The position numbers were made by a program, and so were the translations under genes. Source: Flaccisagitta enflata (taxonomy: Eukaryota). From it: a stretch of 64,000 nucleotides of DNA. The stretch is taken from assembly GCA_965153355.1 (NCBI GenBank), contig OZ231126.1, positions 11,036,001 to 11,100,000 on the forward strand, written 5' to 3'. Shown here one piece after another: positions 55,264 through 64,000 of this stretch (position 1 is the first letter of the stretch; every line of letters begins with the position of its first letter). The notes beneath the pieces were generated by a model that did not search any database, was not told the origin of the DNA, and worked only from the letters and a program-made list of their open reading frames with translations.

Positions 55264-56831
55264 TAGGGGACGAGCTACAACTTAAAATTTCTAAGGCTGA
55301 AAGCAGATCGCGCTTTGAAAAAAACTTGCCCCCTGAAGTTTGCGTGCTTCGCATAGCAAAAGTTGGGAGTATCCCTTCACCCTACTTAGGAAATGCGGAG
55401 GAGCAAAAATCATGAAGATGACCATTTTCTTTATTTCAAAATTCCTTCATCTTCCGTTTTTGTTTTGGCCTTAAAGTTTCACAAATTTTCCAGAATTCAG
55501 CAAAATCCTGTGTAGTTTTGTTACAAAAAGGACAATTATTTATTTTAGAAAATCATAATGCTTGTAAAAATAAACTAAAATATTAGAACATAAGCTATAA
55601 AAAAGCTTATGAAAATGTGGAGTTGCAATTCTTTGAAAAATAGAAATTTGTAAAAGCTAATTCAAACAATATCAGCATATTGCTTTATTCCACTGCATTA
55701 TGCAAATTAGGCCCTCAAAAATAATTTTCTAAAAAACGGAAGATGAACGATTTTTAATAAAAGAAAAATGGTAAGGGTCCTAAAATCGGCTACTCCACGT
55801 TAGGTAAAGAGGGCAAAAAGAAAAGAACAACTTTTGCTATGTGAAGCACCCAACCCTGAAGTGTCTTGAGTCACGACAGGCATAAATAACCACTAATCTA
55901 GGTGTTCTTCCTTTTGTTTGACAGAGATTTGATTTCTCTCGCCAACCTTGCTAACTAAACATTTTCTTCGTAGGGGCCCTTAAGGGTCCCCAAAAAAAAC
56001 CTTAATAAAGATTTGAAAAAAAAGTGGGGTGCAATCTATTGGAAATTGTTTGATTTGTCTCAATCCAAAATCTTGTATTTTCATTTTTAAAAAAAAAACT
56101 TTAAAATTCTTATGTTGCACGTCTGGGACTTAAAAAAATCCAAAAATACTTTTTAAAAAAGTGTTTTTTAAAATGGGGTGCAATTGATAGGAAATTCTTT
56201 GATTCACCTTAATCCAAAATCTTGTATTTTCACTTTTTTTTCAAAAAACTTTGAAATTTTTATGTTGTGCGTCGGGGACTTCAAAAAAAAATCCCCAAAA
56301 TATTTTTTTTGAAAATGGTTTTCAAAAGTGGGGTGCAATTGATAGGAAATTGTTTAATTCGCCTAGATCCAAAATCCCGTAACCCTACTTATTTCAAACA
56401 AGGCCGGATACAAGGCTACCCCAGTCACGTGCGGGTGGGCAGGGGCCATAATTGAGGTCACTCCATCATTGGGGCAGGAGCAGTGAGGCCAAAGACTGCA
56501 AAAACAAAAAAAAATAGTGTGACAAATGGATGGACCAACAGACTGACGGACCTACAGACCGACAAAGCTGGGTGTAGAGTGGCATAGCAAGCGACTAAAA
56601 ATTGATCGGGGGCGAGTTCAGCATAGCAAGTGACTAGAAATTGATTGGGGGTGAGTTCAGAGTGAGAATGGAAAAAAACATGTCATTTTTTTTTTACTTT
56701 TTATGTAACATTTAAACTAGTGATGCATTTGTCCTGAAATTTATAATATTAATTGACATCATGCTTCTCGACATATAACCCAAAAATCTTGATTGCGAAC
56801 CGTCGTATAGTTGAACACACCTCTTTGCCTA
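55264..56831. mobile_element. Second copy of the TAGG...CCTA element, 7-bp TSD (ACCTAGA), carrying nested insertions
   Basis: TSD at 55257-55263 and 56832-56838. Both ends match 5724-6259. Internal tandem repeats at ~56010-56380. Confidence 0.75.
55340..55853. mobile_element. Mutator-like MITE, 9-bp TSD (CCCTGAAGT)
   Basis: TIRs TTGCGTGCTTCGCATAGCAAAAGTTG / CAACTTTTGCTATGTGAAGCACCCAA. TSD at 55331-55339 and 55854-55862. Confidence 0.8.
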
Positions 56832-57575
56832 ACCTAGACTGGAGGATAGATATTAAGTATCTTAATTTCATTTGATTTATAAATTGAGATCTATGCTAAT
56901 TAAAAGTTGCTCTATTGCTTGAATATGTTAGCTTTTCTCACTCTTCAAATTAGGCTAGAAATTTTATATATTCTTTAAAAAAAAATTCAATTGCATTATT
57001 TCTACAGGTTTTACAGCTATTTTTCAAACAGAACAGTTATTCAGATAAGTATCTGGGCAAAATATTGGGTTTTTTTTTTTTAAATGGTGTAAAATTTTCT
57101 ACCCAATCTGAAAAATGAAGTCCAGATGAAGTCGAATCTTAAGTTGAAGAATGAGAAAAACTAACTTATTCAAGTATAGAGCAACTTTTAATTAGTATAG
57201 ATCTTAATTTTTTTATAAATCAAATAAAATAAAGATACATAGAATCTTTCCTCCAGTCTAGGTCGTCTTTGCTCCCATCGTACTGTACAATCAGGGTAAA
57301 ATCTCCTCCAACATGAGTTTATTTTCATCAATCGATTTTTTCTTTCTCATTTTCATTCATTTTTGTGTTATGTAAATTTCAACAAAGGATATTCAAACAA
57401 TTGAATGATGCAAAAAGCAATTCATACTAAAAAAGTTAATGTACTGATTTGTAATAAAGTCCGAGCGTGGTGGGTGTGAACGACGGGTAGTTAATGCACG
57501 CCAAAAGATTGTAAACCCTAAAAACATCGTTTTTGGTTAATCATAGGAAAGAACGTATTTATTTAAGCAATTCAG

Positions 57576-60027
57576 TTAAACTTCTTCGGAATCTTCTAAA
57601 AGAACTAGGTCCGTGTCGTCATCGTGGTTGTTCCCAATTTCTTTGGCCTCTCGAGTCTCTTCCAACGCCTATGACAGTGTGATCTCCATTTCAACTGTAA
57701 TGTAAATTTATTCATGAGTACCTTGTTCTTTTGAGACTCAAATCATCATTTTGACATCATAATGTCACCTTGGTCAATATCATCTGTGGTATTTGCAAAT
57801 TCCAAAATGCAAGCAACTGTTCCCGCTCGTGGTTTCGTTCCCGTCTTTGCTTTGATCATGTTTTTGATAGTGTTGATGTCAGCGTCTGCAAAGGTGCGCT
57901 TTAAATGCTCAGCGGCTTCCTCCTGCGCACGTTCATCTCTTGCTCGTCGATCGGAATCAGCCTGACGAACACCCTCCCCAAACCTGAAATAAAAATATTG
58001 TAAAGTAGTAGCTTTAGGGTGGGCAGAGGCACCAATGCAGGAGCAGTGAGGTCATAGAAGCAAAACCTGTAAAAAATTAAAATGGGGACCAATTGACCGA
58101 CCGACCGACGGACAAAGCGGGTTGTAGAGTCGCGTGTACGCGAGTATAAACAAGAATGTTATGGCTCACATCAGAATCCATGCTCTTATGAAAAGAAAAC
58201 ATACACTTTTTTTCTTTTATAAGAATCAAGTTTATAAGAACATTAGACTTCAAATCGTCAAAAATTAAAAAACATGCTGAGAACATTGGAAGGCTTTATT
58301 TCTTCAAAAGTTTAAGAACATCAGGCTTAAAATAATAAAAATCTAATTACATTTTTTTTAGCCTTTTTTTTTATCGATGGTTCTTTGTAAACAGACGCCC
58401 TGTATCTTTTCTCTTCAGCAAATCATATTTCACTATTTACAACATGTATTTTTTTACTTTTATTGATCTTAATACAATTAAAATGTTTGAACCTACAGAT
58501 TAGTTATATCATCGACATATTCCTTTATTTTCTCCTTAACGACAAACTAAATCTAATTTAGGTTATTTTTATTTGAAGGTTAAAAAGTGTATTTAAATTG
58601 AAAACAATTTAAGAAAGTTTAAGCTTTAAAACTGCTCAAAATTTAAGAACATTGAAGGTTTGCCCAATAAACGACGTTTTTATGAAAAAAAGTGTACACA
58701 TGCATTCTTTTTTCTTTTTAGTTGCGGAAACGCAACTCTATAAAAGGCTTTGTCCGTCCGTCCGTCTGTCCGTCCGTCCGTTGGTCCGTAACACACGAGT
58801 CAAAAAGTTGCAAAACGAGCGTTTTGGATGCTTTTATGGGGCTGTGTGTTAGTGGGGGGGCATGGGGCTGTGCGTTGGTCGGGGGGGCATGGGGTGTGGA
58901 TGGAGGTTGGATGCCCCTGACCACCCGTCTACAACGATATTGTGACCCGCGTCACTTGTTTTCTTTCTCTTTGGTCTCTTTTATTTCTTCCTCTAGTCCC
59001 TAGCAATCCATCTTTGAAGGATTTACCTCGGTAATTGGTAGCAATGTCTCATTGAGAACGAGTCCGTATTGCTTTATGTGGATTTCATCAGCGTTTACCT
59101 CAGCACCGATGATAGTCCGAATATCTTCTGAGTTGTTAGCGTTGATCTCCGGTTCGTCATCGCCGATAACAATTTTGTCGGGATGAACGTCAGCTTTATT
59201 GGAGTCTGGTTTCGGAAACGAATGCAAATGACGCGAGCGGTCGTTGGCGATGCGGAGAAATATACTGCGTGCAAAGCTACGTCCGGTTCACTCGCTAGAT
59301 CAATTGTTGATGGAATAGAGCGGACGTCGTCATTCAACCCATCGTTTTGAGCGTAAGGAATCGTTGAGGTCGTGGAGACGAGAGTCTGATGCGTCAAAAC
59401 GATCTCTTGCCAAACTAGCAAAATAGGTTACTAAACTGCTGCCGCCTCAATTCCCTGAGTCCGCACTTCATCTTCCTCCTCTATTTCCTTTATTGTTCAC
59501 GCAATCGCATCCAGATTAGTGTTTCCTTTTTCGCTTTTATTTTCGCAAAATTATTGAGATAAAAAAATATTTGTCGCCCGACTGCTTTACTTTCGGTAAC
59601 ACAGTCGTTATTCTGTACGCGTTCTTGGTTTCGGCTCTATTTTGATCTTATGTTTTTATTGAATACTGTTAAAACAAATGTCAATCATTAAAGTCTGATG
59701 ATATTTTAATGCTATTTATTTAAAAAAATATAAAATACCATCTTAATTAAACTAAATTTCAAGTGTTTTCTAAATACTCTTTATCAATCATTGTAAGCGA
59801 AATTTTTTTCTCAAGATTTGAAGCCTTTGTATGTTCTTAAAATGTTCTTAATTTTCGGGCCATTCAAAGCCTTGATGTTCTTATAAACTAGGTTCTTATA
59901 AACTAGGTTCTTATAAAAAAAAGAGTGTATTCTCTTCGTTTGATCTTCGGATTCAACAGATGAGAAAGCGTCAGATCTTTACGCGAGTCTTTTGGCTTTA
60001 AGTCACTGGTTGAAATCTTTGATGCGT
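57576..60027 (-). pseudogene. Probable decayed multi-exon gene of unknown family
   Basis: Exon-like blocks with splice signals at ~60027-59930, ~59610-59099 (in-frame TGA, TAG and TAA), 57983-57769 (FGEGVRQADSDRRARDERAQEEAAEHLKRTFADADINTIKNMIKAK...) and 57668-57576. A repeat insertion interrupts it at ~59618-59927. No single intact frame could be assembled. Confidence 0.3.
58716..58960 (+). mobile_element. HINE-like element (others at ~37870, 38270, 41516, 47445, 48622, 53120, 56397, 58010)
   Basis: Family 5' hairpin, microsatellite and CCACCCGTC module. Confidence 0.65.
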
Positions 60028-60301
60028 CTGAAAGAAAATTTGATGCCTCTCTTTCCTCTCATAGAAACCCTGTGATAACTCATCTTGCCCGTCATATTGA
60101 ATAATTTCCCGGATACCTTACGATTTTTTTCTCGCTTTTCTGATTGTTACTATTTCGTAGCGTTTTAGAATGATGATTGAAATTTGTCTGTTTCTGTCGC
60201 TCTTTATGCTGACGAATTAAAACAACATATATAATTGTTGTGGGAAAAACGCTTATGCGGGGTTTCAGTTAGTCATTTTTTTTGTTTTTGTTTTTTTTTT
60301 G

Positions 60302-60461
<160 letters not shown>

Positions 60462-61594
60462 CAAAAACCTCATACAGCGGGAAATCAAGAGGATTGCAGT
60501 GGAAAAAAAAGTTGTCAGAATTTTTAAACCACCATGTATATCCAATTCATTGCTCGAAATTCATCAATATCACAAAAAATCATTCAAAATCAAGTAGATC
60601 TATCGTCAGACTATCGAGTAATATGTTTTTCTGTCGGAAAAATTTGATTAAAAATGAAGGAATAACTAATGAGTTTAGAAAACCGTCATATGAGGCCGCA
60701 AATCGCTTGGTAACGCGAGCGACTCAGGACAGCCATGTAGGTTATTGCGTGGGGAATTCAAATCTGGTTTCAGAAATCTTTTAGCACGAAGCTGAAAAAA
60801 GCTAGAGCTAAAAGAGTACTAGGGTATCTCGAACACAATGGAATCAAACGCGGAAGTAAATGAAACGCGTAAAATTGACGCAAACGATCCACCTGTCCAT
60901 TTCCTGCAGAGTCCCCGAGTGATTTTTGGAGCTACTAGCCAAGTTGATGGCTGTTACTATCTAGAATGTAGCTAAATTTTTTTCTTCACCATCTATTCTA
61001 TTATCTAAACATAAGGATTATACTACAAAGCAGCGCCGGCATAGCTGCAACCACTTTTAAAGCTTAGTTTTGCTCAGTCCTTTGAAATGCACTTGAATAT
61101 AGCTTAATTTAATTTTTGTATGATTTTTTCTATGTTTGTATGACATTTTGACAGCTTGCAAGCTTTAGACCTGATGTGCTCAGATCCTTCATGTTTGTTG
61201 GCTAAATGTACCACTTTATATTTATTATTATAACAAAAAAAACTTCCTTTAGAAATTCATACTTATCAGAGCATTCAAAACATAGATCTTGGCTCAAACA
61301 ATTTTTTGTATTGAAAAAAAAAGGCGAGAAACAAGAGGAGGATAATCAAATCTTTCCTGTGTATTTTCTATATAGTATGCAATGGGTCTAGGTTTTGATA
61401 TACCATCAACTATAAATTGTACAGAGGCCAATTTCCCCTTGAGGAGTTAGGATATAATTTTTCCGCTAAGAGTGATTCTTGCTTGTATTCATCTCTATTC
61501 ATGATTATCTGACCCAATAAAAAAGTTAGATAATGTGAGAGAAAGTAAAAGCTTCAAAAAATCACATTCTTGATTTATATAGGTCTAACACTTG

Positions 61595-61890
61595 GTACAC
61601 CCCGTAATCTTGGGTGAGATTAAACCCCAGGGATTGCTCTAGGTTTAACCCTGAGTTAACCTCAGACAACTCAAGCTCTGGGTTTGCTCGGGGTTGTTTT
61701 GGGTTGCTCGGGGTTGCATCGTTAGAAACAATGACTTCACTATGATAAATAACAGTAGTGCTTCACTGCATAACAAATAATAACATCAACCTCCAGCAAC
61801 CTCCAGCAACCCCAAGCAAAACTTGAGCGATTCCAAGCAACCTCGGGGTTTAATCTCACTGTTTTATGTTACAAATTACCTGGTGTGGTA
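61595..61890. mobile_element. Degenerate palindromic element with internal 10-bp repeats
   Basis: GTGAGATTAAACCCC (61614) pairs with GGGGTTTAATCTCAC (61845). GGGTTGCTCG-like repeats lie inverted on the two arms. Confidence 0.5.
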
Positions 61891-64000
61891 ACCTTGTCCA
61901 AATTTCATATCACTAACATCATAATTTTCCCTTTAAATACTTACAAAAAAAAATGAAATTCTAATTTTGTTCAAATTAGATATTTATTTCATTCTGTTAC
62001 ACATTTGTAAGTTGATTAGAAATGATTCTATATATAACTTCAACCAGAATCTAAATTGAATAAACTTATGATAACTGAAATTTTGATATTCATCAAAATG
62101 TTTTTGAAAATTTTTTATTGGTTTGACGATTATCTTTAAATTTAACAAAAAAAAAACCTCAAAAATTTAAAAAAAAAGCTAGTATCCAGCACTATGTTAA
62201 AAAATTTCATTTAGTATCTAGATTAGTAGCTGGTATCCAGATTATTTTTTTACTATCTAAGGCACCTCCATTACTATCCAGAAGTATCCAGATCTAGCTT
62301 CTAACTATCCAACTTGGGGCCACTGCATTTTAACCCAGTCGCGGACCCAAACTCTTTCAAGATTTTTACTCTGAAAAATAATCAACTTTGGAGGGGAATC
62401 GCAACTTAAACGATAAAGCTACATATCCCAGACTGGTTTCAACTTAAAGAGTTGTTTGAACACTTTAAATTGCGACCAATCTGGGGTTTGTAGCTCAATT
62501 TGTTTGTGAGCAGTGGTCTTTCAAAGTTGATGCTCATTTCTAAGCGTGGAAAGTTCTTTATTGTAATTTAGGGTGGATAAAGATGTAAATAACTGAATAG
62601 ATAGTAGCTTTTGAGCGTTCTGATCGATGTTATGTGAAGGACAAATGTTAGATTTAGTAATCTGAGAGATCTTATCACAGATTTTTGGTAGTATGAGCCA
62701 TTTCAATATATAGCATTTCACTTATCTTTTCATCAAGAAACAAGTGCCAGGAATTGACTGCACAGTGTTTGTTGGTTTTAGTGATTGTATGTTTCTGAAA
62801 TTGGTAAAATAGACCAAAAATGAAGTTTTTTGATAATGTCGATATTTTTACGAGCCAATCCATACATCATATGCCATATATGGCCATTTTTTACATTTTC
62901 GTCCTACTAGCCTAATTGAATGCAGAAAATTCTGCTTTGTGCCAATTGAACGAGCATGGTCAACTTTATTTACCCTGCAAGTTTCATGCTTCTTCCTATT
63001 CTGGTTATGTGCAGGAAAAGCGAATACATTTTTACATCTCAAGAATTCGTTGACTTCTTCTTTTTCTTTCTTTCTGTCAAGGACAGAACGGATGACAGGA
63101 TGAGCTATATAATTTTTCGTAGAAAATCTTTGCCAACAAATAATATATATATCTACCACTCTTGCAACTTTAATCAAGCGTTCTCGATTTTACAATGTTC
63201 AAAGATGTTTCTACGCGAGGCTAAGGTACTTTTACTGACTTACTACGCTAAAATTACATACGCCATGCAATACTTTCATTTTGCTTTTGCAGCACCTTAA
63301 CGTGGCCGACTATGTTCAAAGCCCATCTGTAGAATGCTGCCACGGCCTGTCGAAGAGAGAATTAGATTAATAAATGAATATCTGTCTTAGTTCGTGTATT
63401 TCTGCGTAATCATGGCAACGAATCAATCACTGAATTAGTCAATTGACATCATTCTTTCAAAACAGCGTTTTGTGTACTTGTCGTAACTAGCTGATGCATG
63501 ATGGATAGGTTGTCTTGATGGATCAACATGTGGATAGATTAACAATAACAGATAGAAAGACGTATAGAAAAGAACAATGCAATTAAGTAAAACGATCTAA
63601 TGCAAAGCTGTGATGTTGCATAGATGAACGCCAGGTCGGGTCATGCGATGCAGTGTCATACTGTGTCAATACCATCATACATGTATGAATCATACCTGTG
63701 ATATCGCGTGTATGGAAGCCATGTCAAATCCTTTTATGCCTTCCTCTGCTAAAGCGGATAGACGCGGAGACACTTTTCTGTTGCGGCCGAAAAGAGACAA
63801 GAAACAAATGAAGTGAAACTCCATCGCGGATTTTCATTTTGGAAAATCGTCCGTTTACTTTCGCTCTATTTTGCATTTTCATTCCATCCACCTTGCATCC
63901 GCTTTGCATCTGTTTTGCAACTACCTAGCATTTACTTCGCATGTGCTGTGCATCTACATTGCATTTAGTTTTCATCTTCCTCACACCCGCTTTGCATTTC

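Larger units (their letters stand above)
55240..57280. mobile_element. Long-TIR MITE (CGATGGGAGCAAAGACGACCTAGACTGGAGG...), host of the nested stack
   Basis: The left TIR is split by the 7-bp-TSD element (55240-55263 plus 56832-56950) and pairs with ~57135-57280. TA on the right flank. Confidence 0.7.

Overview
Repeat-rich metazoan (probably invertebrate) genomic DNA. The one clearly intact gene is a C-terminal Src kinase (Csk) orthologue on the minus strand. I could splice it by hand into 9 coding exons (36487-22880, 2040 nt, 679 aa) with GT-AG junctions in consistent phase: SH3, a long low-complexity linker, SH2 and a tyrosine kinase domain. The most unusual structure is that three Csk exon 3' ends are echoed as tandem copies immediately downstream. 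Exon 4 is followed by a 23-bp minisatellite of splice donors plus an in-frame 75-nt duplicate of the glycine-rich-loop segment. Exon 8 is followed by ~127-bp exon-tail/donor repeats. The stop-codon region is repeated in the 3' UTR. The window also holds an intronless orphan ORF (2078-3244, +) and a probably decayed gene (57.6-60.0 kb, -). The rest is at least 25 DINE-1/HINE-like (Helentron-type) non-autonomous elements, many TA-flanked MITEs, a deleted Tc1 element, 7-bp- and 9-bp-TSD elements in a nested stack, a 29-bp satellite and many microsatellites. All family assignments come from recognising motifs and structure by eye, not from database searches.
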